Shown here piece by piece: positions 10,198 to 18,945 of a DNA stretch of 64,000 bases. This DNA comes from an uncultured Verrucomicrobiota bacterium (GTDB taxonomy: Bacteria > Verrucomicrobiota > Kiritimatiellia > SS1-B-03-39 > UBA6053): the NCBI GenBank assembly GCA_964497855.1, contig CAZCFM010000001.1, positions 30,618 to 94,617 on the forward strand, given 5' to 3'. The notes beneath the pieces were generated by a model. It was not told where the DNA came from. It ran no database searches and saw nothing but the letters and a program-made list of their open reading frames with translations. A program made the position numbers and the translations under genes. How positions within the stretch are numbered: position 1 is the first letter of the stretch; each line of letters begins with the position of its first letter.

Positions 10198-11746
10198 AGC
10201 CCGTGATGGGTTCGAGTCGGGGCGCAGCTTCGGCGAGGGTGAGAGAGTCGATCAGTTTGTCCTGGCCCACTTCGGCAAAATGAATCAGGTCGATCTTGCG
10301 AAGGCGGAGATAATCGATCATGCGCTCCGGGCGAATCTCCCCGTTGCTATATTTGACGCGGTGGATGTCCCAGTCGGTTTCGCCGCGCAGGCCATAGACA
10401 TTGTTTTTGCCAGCGATAAGAAAGAGCCCGGGGAGGTCAGTGAGAAGGCGGGCCGCGCGGTCCTCCGGCGGAAGGTTGGCGAAGGCGTCCACTACCGCAT
10501 GAATGCGCTCGGTCTCGATGCTGTTTTTGTTCGTTGCGCTATGAAAGGCGTTGGGAATTTGCACGATGCCCAGGACAATTGCGGCGGTCAGCAACCAGGC
10601 CTTCCGACTGGAGCCCAAGGGGCGCGGATGCTGTTGCAGCCAGCGGAAAAGAACATAGACCGGTCCGAGGACGGCGAAGGGGAAGAGCAAGGGTGTGAGG
10701 ATGCGGAGGGATTCCTCAAAACTCTGCACGCCGGTGATAAAACTCCCGATCGAGAGGAAAACCACCATGCCCACCACCAGAGGCAACCAGAGGAAAGGTG
10801 TTGATTTATGCCGGTTGATGACGCTGCTGACACCGATGCCCAGCGGCCAAAGCAATCCGGCAAAGACGCCGAGACCCAGCGGATCCAGAATCAAAATGCC
10901 AAATCCCCGCAGGATGCGGACGAATGGCGAAACCTGCGGTGTGGGGGACAAGCTGCGTGGCGCACCAAGAATCCACTCGGCATCCGGACCCGGCAAAATG
11001 GCGGTGGAACGGGTCAGGGCCAGGTTTCGGTCGATCATGGGCCAAAGCAACATGGCCAGCATCAGCAGTCCGCCCATGGCCATTCCGACCAGCGGCATGC
11101 CTTTGGCCCTGGCCGCAGAGTCGAAAAACGAGAGAATCAACAGATAGAGGGCCAGCAAAACCCAGATCAGCGCCAGTTCCAGACGGATGTAGGCGGCCAA
11201 GCCAATAAACAAAGCCGAAAAAAAGATACGGCCCGGCACATTTTTTTCCAGGGAGGAAACAAAAAAGACCACGCCCCACATGACAAGTCCCATGCCCATC
11301 GCCACGGAAGGATCGGGGGAAAAGGCGTAGTGCAAGGTGCCCAGGCTGCCAAAACCAATCACCGTCATCAGTGCGAAACCGCGCAAAGGAAAAATGTGTC
11401 GGCAAAGCGAATACACACCGCCCAGGGTGGCCACAATGCCGCAGAGGCTCAACCAGACGCCGGCGCGGGCGGCATCGCCGGTGGCGGCGGAAACCAGGGC
11501 CACCAGATAGCGGGTGAGCACATGCGCGCCGAAAACCTGCGGCGTGTTCGGAATCACCGCGTAGTTGCGAAAATCTCCCCGCAACGCTTCAATGTACCCC
11601 GCATCCAGAATAGACTGCTCGCTGGGTGGCGGGTTCCAGTTCGCGCCGGGCAGCAAACGGGTGAGCCCAAAAACAAACAAACCCAAGGCAAAGGCGATCC
11701 AAACCAGCGGGGCATTGCGGAGAGCGACAATCCAGCGCCGAAGCAT
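10157..11746 (-). CDS. polytopic inner-membrane protein with C-terminal soluble domain (GT-C/ArnT-like fold suspected, unverified)
   Basis: About 11 hydrophobic segments over the first ~400 aa, then a hydrophilic ~120 aa tail. No motif I can name confidently. Confidence 0.55.
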   Translation of the reverse strand: MLRRWIVALRNAPLVWIAFALGLFVFGLTRLLPGANWNPPPSEQSILDAGYIEALRGDFRNYAVIPNTPQVFGAHVLTRYLVALVSAATGDAARAGVWLSLCGIVATLGGVYSLCRHIFPLRGFALMTVIGFGSLGTLHYAFSPDPSVAMGMGLVMWGVVFFVSSLEKNVPGRIFFSALFIGLAAYIRLELALIWVLLALYLLILSFFDSAARAKGMPLVGMAMGGLLMLAMLLWPMIDRNLALTRSTAILPGPDAEWILGAPRSLSPTPQVSPFVRILRGFGILILDPLGLGVFAGLLWPLGIGVSSVINRHKSTPFLWLPLVVGMVVFLSIGSFITGVQSFEESLRILTPLLFPFAVLGPVYVLFRWLQQHPRPLGSSRKAWLLTAAIVLGIVQIPNAFHSATNKNSIETERIHAVVDAFANLPPEDRAARLLTDLPGLFLIAGKNNVYGLRGETDWDIHRVKYSNGEIRPERMIDYLRLRKIDLIHFAEVGQDKLIDSLTLAEAAPRLEPITGFSSPHRVFRVVWP

Positions 11747-12636
11747 CAGGGAGCCTCCTCGAGGGCTTCTGTGGATTCAACCTGTGTCACGGGCAGTCGC
11801 TGCCCTGTCACCCAAAAGTCACGGCCTTTGACCAACACATGTTTTCCGGACAGCGCGCGAAGGACTTCGTCGTTCCCCCGCAGATAGGCGAGCGATTTTT
11901 CGCTGCGGTCGGATTCCAGTTGCACAAGCAGAAACCGGCTGGGACTGTTGCCGGCAAGAAGGTAGGATTTGACATATCCGCGACGCACGGAGGCCGTGCC
12001 CTGTCCGCTGAGGGGAACCAGACGCAAATCCTCCGGCGGCACAACGGTTGGGGTGGGTGTGGGGACGACCGGAATTTCGATGATGCGTTCAATCGTCCGA
12101 ATTTCCACGACAGGCTCGGACGTGGGCGGAGGGGTTGGCAGGGGCGTGGGAACCGGCGTGGGTTCGGGCACGGGCTGAACGACGCTTTCCGCTTCGCTCC
12201 AATTCTCCATGCCCTGCAGGAAGGACTGGTTGATCCACAGCGTCACCGCATCTGTCGCGCGAATGCGGCGCCATTCATCGCGCACTTCAAGAACCTCCAC
12301 CGCGTCCCCCCGTTTGAGTTGCCCCAGCGAGGAGTGATTGGTCCCGGGCCCTGCGCGCATATTGAGCACGGGGGAACGGACCTCTTTGTCTTCAAACAGC
12401 AACGGGGAAAAAACCCACACGACAAACTCGGCGGGTGGTCGGACCCGCACCCACTCTCCCTGTTTTTCCAGCGCTTGCAGGGTTTCCCCATAATTCACCG
12501 CGCCCACAACATCACTTTCCAGGCCCGGAAGGTTGCGAAGATTGACGCGATCGCCCACAACGGTGACGGGAAGCGCTTCCGCCAGTGCGGAGCGGGACAG
12601 AAGACTCAGACAGAGAAACATCAGGGCAGTTTTCAT
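11746..12636 (-). CDS. secreted protein with two bacterial SH3 domains and a Pro/Thr linker
   Basis: Signal peptide MKTALMFLCLSLLSRSALA. Two SH3b-like units (GDRVNLRNLPGLESDVVGAVNYGETLQALEKQGEWVRV; VLNMRAGPGTNHSSLGQLKRGDAVEVLEVRDEWRRI). PT-rich linker PVPEPTPVPTPLPTPPPTSEP. Confidence 0.7.
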   Translation of the reverse strand: MKTALMFLCLSLLSRSALAEALPVTVVGDRVNLRNLPGLESDVVGAVNYGETLQALEKQGEWVRVRPPAEFVVWVFSPLLFEDKEVRSPVLNMRAGPGTNHSSLGQLKRGDAVEVLEVRDEWRRIRATDAVTLWINQSFLQGMENWSEAESVVQPVPEPTPVPTPLPTPPPTSEPVVEIRTIERIIEIPVVPTPTPTVVPPEDLRLVPLSGQGTASVRRGYVKSYLLAGNSPSRFLLVQLESDRSEKSLAYLRGNDEVLRALSGKHVLVKGRDFWVTGQRLPVTQVESTEALEEAP

Positions 12637-12806
12637 GGTCGTTACGTTTTAGCCAAGAGCTTTGAAAATGTCAGCCCTTTTCCGGCTTTTGTTTGCAGGA
12701 TTGCAGGAGGGAGCTTCGCTCCGGCGTCAGGGTTCCCACACGGAGGCGGATTCGGGGGGCGGCCCGGCTTTTGGTTACCAATGTGGCGTTGTTTGGTCTT
12801 GGTCGT

Positions 12807-13991
12807 TCACAATCGATCCGTCAAATGAGATGGACCTGGGTCCCGGAACTGACGCAGGAGACGGGAGAAGGTGGGGGAACCGAGGGCCCCGGCAACGGCG
12901 GCGGACTCGCTCCAGGCGCTGCTCTCATCCGCAGGGATTCCGTCACCCCACAACACAACGGGAACCGGACCTTTTTCCGGGCGGCCCCGGTGGCGCAGGC
13001 CCGCAGCTACCAGCAGAAAGCGGCGGGGGGAACATTCCGCCAGCAGGGCGCGCAGCGGTCCCGTGATATAGTAGTCCACGGCATCCAGCCGACGAACCTT
13101 CTCCTCGGGAACGGCAAAACGGTCTGACGCAAAGGGTGCCGGAATCCAGACCACCAGTTCGTCGATTTCCGGCAGTAACCGCATCAGGGCCGCCACGTCG
13201 AAGCCCGCATCGGGTTGGTCCAACTGGAAAGGATCGTCGATTGGAAAAAAGGGCCGTCCGAGACACTGCGCAAAGCCGAGGGCAAGCCGTTCCGGGCCGG
13301 CGATGGCTTGACGGAAAGGCAGTGCCACTGGTGCCGGAGTCTCCGCGCCCCCGCTCCACAACCAGACGCCATGCACCGGGTTTTCCCCCAAGTCCAGCCG
13401 AACGGCATTGACCGGATGCGCCAGCAAAAGCGTTTCCGCTGTTTGCAGGAGACGACGGAAGGGCTCATCCTGCCGACGGAGGATCGCGAAAGGTTTCCAG
13501 CCCACTTTATCCTTCAGCGGGACAGGGAATTCCGGTGGAAGATCCAGCACGAAACGCCCCTGCCCCATTGAAACCATCTTCACGGCATCGCCACAGACAT
13601 CCGAAAAAGCCTTTTCCAAATCGCCAAACAAATGGCTCTCCTCCGCCTCAGTGGACAGTTGCACCGGCGCCTGCTCGCCTTCCGAGGTGTAGGTCACACA
13701 TTGCCCGAGCATCCGCACCCGGCGGGCCTCTGCCGAAAGTCCCAGCGCCACCGCTGCCATCGGCCCCCAGCGCAGACGAAGAGCCTCGCGGGACGGGAGG
13801 CCGCAAGCCTCCGCCAGCAGGGCGCGCGAGGCGTCGGCCTCCGCCCGGCTGCGGTGCAGCAGGCCGGTGCGGCCTTCCGTCGCCAGAGCCCGGGCGTGGA
13901 GAAGTCGTGCCGTATCCAAAGGCGTTTGTTCCCGCAACTCCGGATACGGGAAATCCGCCGCGCCATCCACGAGCAGGAGAATGCGTTTCAT
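12807..13991 (-). CDS. cofactor-independent phosphoglycerate mutase (ApgM)/'proposed homoserine kinase' family homolog, possibly catalytically degenerate
   Basis: N-terminus MKRILLLVDGAADFPYPELREQTPLDTA..LATEGRTGLL and internal NPVHGVWLWSGG match the ApgM/metalloenzyme family pattern. It lies directly upstream of hom on the same strand. Confidence 0.65.
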   Translation of the reverse strand: MKRILLLVDGAADFPYPELREQTPLDTARLLHARALATEGRTGLLHRSRAEADASRALLAEACGLPSREALRLRWGPMAAVALGLSAEARRVRMLGQCVTYTSEGEQAPVQLSTEAEESHLFGDLEKAFSDVCGDAVKMVSMGQGRFVLDLPPEFPVPLKDKVGWKPFAILRRQDEPFRRLLQTAETLLLAHPVNAVRLDLGENPVHGVWLWSGGAETPAPVALPFRQAIAGPERLALGFAQCLGRPFFPIDDPFQLDQPDAGFDVAALMRLLPEIDELVVWIPAPFASDRFAVPEEKVRRLDAVDYYITGPLRALLAECSPRRFLLVAAGLRHRGRPEKGPVPVVLWGDGIPADESSAWSESAAVAGALGSPTFSRLLRQFRDPGPSHLTDRL

Positions 13992-14003
13992 GAGGGAGGA
14001 GAC

Positions 14004-15305
14004 TCAGCCAAGTTCTTCCACCCGGTAGCGGACGATGTCACCGCCGACGTCTTCCATGGTGCGGAGCTTGTCCATCGCCGCGTGCATGTCGTCCATGCGC
14101 GCTTCGCCAGTCAGGATGACCACGGGCACAAATTCATGGGCCTGGTGTTCTTCTTTTTGCACCAAGGCCGTGATCGTGATGTTGTGTTCACCGAGCAAAC
14201 GGGCGACGTTGCCGAGAGATCCGGGACGGTCACGGAGGTTTAGGCGCAAATAGGAACGTGCGGTGCGTTCGCCGGGAGGGACCAAGCGCGGGGCCGGATC
14301 GGCGCGCCAGCTCAGGGGAATGCGTTCGGACGCGCCAATGGACAAATCGCGGGCCGCATCCAGCACATCGGCCACAACCGCGCTGGCGGTGGGCAATCGC
14401 CCGGCACCGCGGCCGTAATACAGCGTGTCTCCCACAATATCGCCCTTCACCAACACCGCGTTGAAACTCATGTCCACGCCTGCAAGCATGTGGTCTTCGG
14501 GAATCAGGGTGGGCTGAACACCGACTTCCAGTTTGCCGTCGAACTGCTCAAGAATGGCGAGCAGTTTGATGCGGTAGCCTAATTCTGCGGCATTTTTGAC
14601 GTCGATTGGGTCGATGCCGCGGATGCCGCGCACGGGAAAATCGCCCAGGCCCACGGGCACACCGAAGGCCAGCTGAGCGAGAATGACGGCTTTGTGGGCA
14701 GTATCCCATCCGTCGATATCCAGGCTGGGTTCCGCTTCGGCATAACCCAGGCGCTGCGCGTCTTTCAGCACGTCGTCGAAGGCTACCCCTTCTTTTTCCA
14801 TGCGCGTCAGAATGTAATTGCAGGTTCCATTCAGAATGCCGCAAATCTGGTTGAAGGAATTTGCCACCAGGCCTTCGCGAAGGGATTTGATAATGGGAAT
14901 CCCCCCCGCCACGCTGGCTTCAAAAAACAAATCCACGCCCGCGTCCGCCGCGGCCTCAATCAGTTCCGGACCATGTTCGGCCAACAGCGCCTTGTTTGCA
15001 GTCACCACCGATTTGCCCGCCGCAAGAGCGGCCAAAATCAGTTTCCGTGCCACGCCCGTCCCGCCGATGAGTTCGACCACAATGCGAATGTCGGGGTCGT
15101 TCAGGACCTCGTTTGCGTCGGTGCTGAGGATTTCTGTGGGGATGGGAAAACCGAAATCGCGTTTCAGATTGAGGTCCACCGCCTTTTTCAACACCAAATC
15201 AATGCCACTTCGCGCCGCGATCAATCCGCGCTGGCGGATGAGGGTTTCTGCCACGCCGGCGCCAACGGTGCCCAGGCCAAGAATGCCAACATGTACGGTC
15301 TGCAT
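14004..15305 (-). CDS. hom: homoserine dehydrogenase
   Basis: Rossmann N-terminus VGILGLGTVGAGV, a central catalytic domain and a C-terminal ACT domain (YLRLNLRDRPGSLGNVARLLGEHNITI). Start set at MQTVHVGILG (ATG 15303-15305); the 67-aa upstream extension has no homology-like character. Confidence 0.93.
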   Translation of the reverse strand: MQTVHVGILGLGTVGAGVAETLIRQRGLIAARSGIDLVLKKAVDLNLKRDFGFPIPTEILSTDANEVLNDPDIRIVVELIGGTGVARKLILAALAAGKSVVTANKALLAEHGPELIEAAADAGVDLFFEASVAGGIPIIKSLREGLVANSFNQICGILNGTCNYILTRMEKEGVAFDDVLKDAQRLGYAEAEPSLDIDGWDTAHKAVILAQLAFGVPVGLGDFPVRGIRGIDPIDVKNAAELGYRIKLLAILEQFDGKLEVGVQPTLIPEDHMLAGVDMSFNAVLVKGDIVGDTLYYGRGAGRLPTASAVVADVLDAARDLSIGASERIPLSWRADPAPRLVPPGERTARSYLRLNLRDRPGSLGNVARLLGEHNITITALVQKEEHQAHEFVPVVILTGEARMDDMHAAMDKLRTMEDVGGDIVRYRVEELG

Positions 15306-15447
15306 AAGAAAATCGGGGTGAAGGTTGCGAAGAAGGAAGCGCGGGATCAAAGCCTGAAACGGGGGAAATGGCAAGCGAAAACCCCTGAAAGCGAACACGC
15401 GGCAGGAGGGTGTCACCTCCAGCCGCGTGATGCGGTTGTGGACAAAC

Positions 15448-15999
15448 TTACTCGACGACTTCCACGCTGATGGACAGTTGGACATCGTTGCCCACAACCA
15501 GACCACCCGCCTCCATGGATTTGCTCCAGGTCAGGCCGAACTCCGTGCGGTCAATCACTCCCGTTGCATTCAGGCCGTAGCGGATTTTGCCCCAGGGATC
15601 TTTAACCGGGCCAAGGAATTCCATGTCGAGACTCACTTCCTTGGTCACATCGCGGATGGTCAGATTGCCCACCAATTTCCCGCCTTCGATTTTGGTGCTG
15701 ACGAAGGTGATGGTGGAAAACTTTTCGACATCAAAAAAATCGGGATTGCGCAGATGGTCGTCACGTTTTTGGTTTTTCGTGTCGATGCTTTTGACCTGGA
15801 TGACGGCTTTGGCCCCAGTCACCTTGCCATCTACAACGGTGAGACTTCCGTCAAACTCGCCAAAACTGCCTTTGGTGCGGCTAACCACCATGTGGGGCAC
15901 CGAAAACGTGACGGCGGAGTGGGCGGTGTCGAGGGGAAGTTCGTTGGCGCTCACGCCAAACGCGGAAAGGGTCATCACTGCAAACAGAATGTTTTTCAT
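15448..15999 (-). CDS. yceI: YceI family periplasmic polyisoprenoid-binding protein
   Basis: Signal peptide MKNILFAVMTLSAFGVSA, then a YceI-type pattern (DTAHSAVTFSVPHMVVSRTKGSFGEFDGSL...RDDHLRNPDFFDVEKF). GGGAGA RBS upstream of ATG 15999. Confidence 0.88.
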   Translation of the reverse strand: MKNILFAVMTLSAFGVSANELPLDTAHSAVTFSVPHMVVSRTKGSFGEFDGSLTVVDGKVTGAKAVIQVKSIDTKNQKRDDHLRNPDFFDVEKFSTITFVSTKIEGGKLVGNLTIRDVTKEVSLDMEFLGPVKDPWGKIRYGLNATGVIDRTEFGLTWSKSMEAGGLVVGNDVQLSISVEVVE

Positions 16000-16097
16000 A
16001 GAGTTCTCCCGAGGGTTAAGGAAACAGAGGCCGAATTGCCTATTTTTTTTAATCGAACAACTCAGCAACCCCTTACGCGACATTTTGGCTTTTCACA

Positions 16098-16108
16098 GAG
16101 TCAGACCC
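16098..16108. repeat. left copy of 11-bp direct repeat (putative target-site duplication) GAGTCAGACCC
   Basis: Identical 11-mer immediately abuts both ends of the inverted-repeat element. Removing the element plus one copy gives a continuous intergenic sequence. Confidence 0.75.
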
Positions 16109-16365
16109 GAATGGCACTAACTTAAGAGTTGTTTCAAGGCGAACAGCTCCAACGGAGCGTTGCATATCAGCCAGGGGTGCAACCCCTGGAAAGGGTGTCG
16201 GAACAAGGGTGTGTTCTGAAGGAACACCGCATTTGCGGCGTGTTATGCCGCGTTCCTTCAGAACGCCACTCTGTTTTCTTCATCAACCCGGGGCGTTGCC
16301 CCTGATATGCATAACCCCTTTGGGGTTTTCGATAGGTTCCAGAATCCCTTAAGTTAGTGCCATTC
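16109..16365. mobile_element. MITE-like non-autonomous element (257 bp, long imperfect palindrome, no coding capacity)
   Basis: Perfect 18-bp terminal inverted repeats: GAATGGCACTAACTTAAG at 16109-16126, and its reverse complement at 16348-16365. Internal nested inverted repeats (GCATATCAG...CTGATATGC; GTTCTGAAGGAAC...GTTCCTTCAGAAC). Flanked by an identical 11-bp direct repeat. Confidence 0.75.
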
Positions 16366-16376
16366 GAGTCAGACCC
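16366..16376. repeat. right copy of 11-bp direct repeat (putative target-site duplication) GAGTCAGACCC
   Basis: See left copy. It lies 1 nt from the tilS stop codon (16378-16380). Confidence 0.75.
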
Positions 16377-16377
16377 T

Positions 16378-17772
16378 TTATGTGGGAGGCATGGGATCCA
16401 GTTGGGCCTTCAAAATAGGCTGCTGGGCTTTCCAGTTTTCGGCGACACGAAAACCGGGCACCCAGACGATCTCATCCCCGCAAACCAGGATCGGCCAGCG
16501 TTCGCGCAGGTGGAGGGGGATTTTGGCGTTGATGAACAAGTCCGACACCTTGATGCTTCCGAGGAGTCCCATTGGACAATAGCGATCTCCGCTCTGGCGG
16601 TGGCGGATCTGAAAAACGCTTCCCGCATCGGGAGGGCGTACAAAGGCGGTCAAGGGTCCCTCTGGGTCGCAGGTCTGGCTCTGGGCCGTGTCGAGTTTGT
16701 CTGTGGGCAACAAATGAAAGTAACATCCGAGCGGTGGCCAGAGTTGTGATTGTCCTGGCAGGAGGGTCAGGGACAAAACCTGTGCAACATCCTTCCATGG
16801 CTCCAGTTTCTCAGTGGATAGGCGAAGGCGGAGACCGGCAAGGTCTAGACGCTTGTCCGTCGGCGGAGGCTTCGCAAGGTGCTCGCAGAGGCGTTGCACG
16901 ACGGCCTGATCCACGCGCTGAGGATCGGAGCCACGTTCCATCAGCCAGTCAAAGAGCAGTCGTTCGCGCAACAGTTCCGGCAGCCTCCGCCAGGGGGACA
17001 GGAGCAACACGTCCCCTGCCCTGCAGGCTTTTCCACGGCGCAGGGTTTCTGCGTTCACCCAGTCCTCCATGCGGGCCTGTTGTTCGGCAAAGGCCGCGAG
17101 ATGGGCCGACGTCTCTGGATTGATGCACGCGTGCAGCAGCGGTAGAATGTCGTGCCGGACGCGGTTGCGAAGGAAGTGGGGATCGGCATTGGAAAGGTCG
17201 TGCATCACGGGCAGTCGCCAGGAGCGGCACTGGGCTTCGATTTCGGCGCGGGAAAAGCCCAGCAGCGGACGAATCAGGTCCACGCCGTCGGTCAGTTCGG
17301 CGCTGACGCGAATGCCGGCCGCGCCGCGGGTGCCGGTGCCGCGGCAGAGGCGCAACAACAGGGTTTCCGCTTGATCGTCGCGGTGGTGACCGAGCGCGAC
17401 GGCACCCGAACCGAATTCCGCGGCCGCGACGACATAGGCCTCGCGGCGTTTGCGGCGCGCGCACATTTCCACGGATTCGCCTTTGCGAAGTGAGGTGGGA
17501 ATCGCGAGATCGACATGGCGACACGGAAGCCCCAGTCCCCAGGCGATCTGTTGCACCAACGTCGCCTCCGCCGCGCTTTCCGCGCGCAGCCCGTGATCGC
17601 AGGTCAACACCGCGAGCTGTAGCTTCAGTTCGTGGCGTGCCGCCCACAGGGCGTGCAGCAGCAGAAGACTGTCCGCCCCACCCGAACAGGCCACGAGCAC
17701 GCGACGGCGCTGCACAGCGTCGAACAGTCCCGCTCTGCGGACTTCAGCGATGAATTTCTGCAAAAAAGACAC
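16378..17772 (-). CDS. tilS: tRNA(Ile)-lysidine synthase
   Basis: PP-loop VLVACSGGADSLLLLH. GHHRDDQAETLLLRLCRG motif. C-terminal TilS substrate-binding-like domain. Confidence 0.9.
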   Translation of the reverse strand: MSFLQKFIAEVRRAGLFDAVQRRRVLVACSGGADSLLLLHALWAARHELKLQLAVLTCDHGLRAESAAEATLVQQIAWGLGLPCRHVDLAIPTSLRKGESVEMCARRKRREAYVVAAAEFGSGAVALGHHRDDQAETLLLRLCRGTGTRGAAGIRVSAELTDGVDLIRPLLGFSRAEIEAQCRSWRLPVMHDLSNADPHFLRNRVRHDILPLLHACINPETSAHLAAFAEQQARMEDWVNAETLRRGKACRAGDVLLLSPWRRLPELLRERLLFDWLMERGSDPQRVDQAVVQRLCEHLAKPPPTDKRLDLAGLRLRLSTEKLEPWKDVAQVLSLTLLPGQSQLWPPLGCYFHLLPTDKLDTAQSQTCDPEGPLTAFVRPPDAGSVFQIRHRQSGDRYCPMGLLGSIKVSDLFINAKIPLHLRERWPILVCGDEIVWVPGFRVAENWKAQQPILKAQLDPMPPT

Positions 17773-17820
17773 CCGGCCAGTGTAGCCGGGTGTCTTCGCA
17801 TTGGCAAGGGAGTATCCGGA

Positions 17821-18819
17821 TCAGAGATTCGGATTCACCTTGGACCAGTCCGCCAGCGGGGGCAACACACCCATGCCGATGACTTCATCGCGCAGTTTGA
17901 CCAGGTGCTGGTACGAGGCTTTCAGCGCGGCGATTTCCTCGGGAAGTCCGGCGGGCATCGACAATTTCACCCCGTCTTTGTTGAGATTCGTCTCCATCGC
18001 CATGACGATTTTTTCAAAGCCAAAGCCATCGACATAGCCGCCGACCGGCCAGGGATAGCCCTTGCCTTCGATGGCGCCTTTGACCATGAGCACAGACTGA
18101 TGGGCCGGGCTCTGGAAGGAGCTGCGTCCGCGGAGCTGGATGATTTTTTTGCCGCCCTGGGAGACATGAGCCTTGATTTCTTCCCATTTCGCGGCGGGCA
18201 GTTTGTCCGTGCCGATGAGCTGGGTGAGGGGAACGCCTTTGACCTTGGCGGTGGAGGCGAACACGGCCATCATTTCGCCGTGACCGCCGTAGGTGCGGCA
18301 GCCGGTCACTTCGTCCTGTTCAACGCCGAAGTGCTGCGACAGCGCGGTCTGGAGGCGCGTGGAATCGAGGGCGGCGAGGGTGCCGACCTTGGAGGGGTGC
18401 AGACCGGAGTGGACGAGCGCCACGAGGCCGGTGATGTCCGCCGGGTTGAAGATCACCACGAGGAATTTGGTGTCTGGGGCGTAGGCTTTGATGTCTTTGC
18501 CGAGCTGGGCTGCGATTTCCGCATTGCCCTTGAGCAGGTCTTCGCGGGTCATGCCGTCTTTGCGGGGAGCGCCGCCGGAGGAGATGATGTATTTGGCGCC
18601 GGTGAGCGCCGTTTTGATGTCGGTGGTCCAGGTCAGCTTCGCGCCGGGGAACGCGCAGTGGTAGATTTCTTCGGCCGCGCCTTTGAGGCCGGGCTCGAAG
18701 GGGTCGTACCCGCACACATTGGGGCTGAGACCGAGCGAGAGCACGGCTTGGAGCATGTTGGAACCGATGGCACCGCCGGCGCCGAGAATCGCGATTTTGT
18801 CTTGGGTCAAATAGGACAT
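17821..18819 (-). CDS. mdh: malate dehydrogenase (LDH/MDH superfamily)
   Basis: KIAILGAGGAIGSN Rossmann motif, GGAPRKDGMTREDLL substrate-loop arginine region, and IFNPADITG. 332 aa. Confidence 0.85.
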   Translation of the reverse strand: MSYLTQDKIAILGAGGAIGSNMLQAVLSLGLSPNVCGYDPFEPGLKGAAEEIYHCAFPGAKLTWTTDIKTALTGAKYIISSGGAPRKDGMTREDLLKGNAEIAAQLGKDIKAYAPDTKFLVVIFNPADITGLVALVHSGLHPSKVGTLAALDSTRLQTALSQHFGVEQDEVTGCRTYGGHGEMMAVFASTAKVKGVPLTQLIGTDKLPAAKWEEIKAHVSQGGKKIIQLRGRSSFQSPAHQSVLMVKGAIEGKGYPWPVGGYVDGFGFEKIVMAMETNLNKDGVKLSMPAGLPEEIAALKASYQHLVKLRDEVIGMGVLPPLADWSKVNPNL

Positions 18820-18945
18820 GGTGAGAATAACCTTTGGGATGGAATGAAAGGAAGGACTGACAAATAGGCGATTTTCCGGACGGGCGCAAAGAAAATTTTA
18901 CTTTTCCCTTGGACAGTGTGCCGGAACTGTGACAGACGCCGCCCC

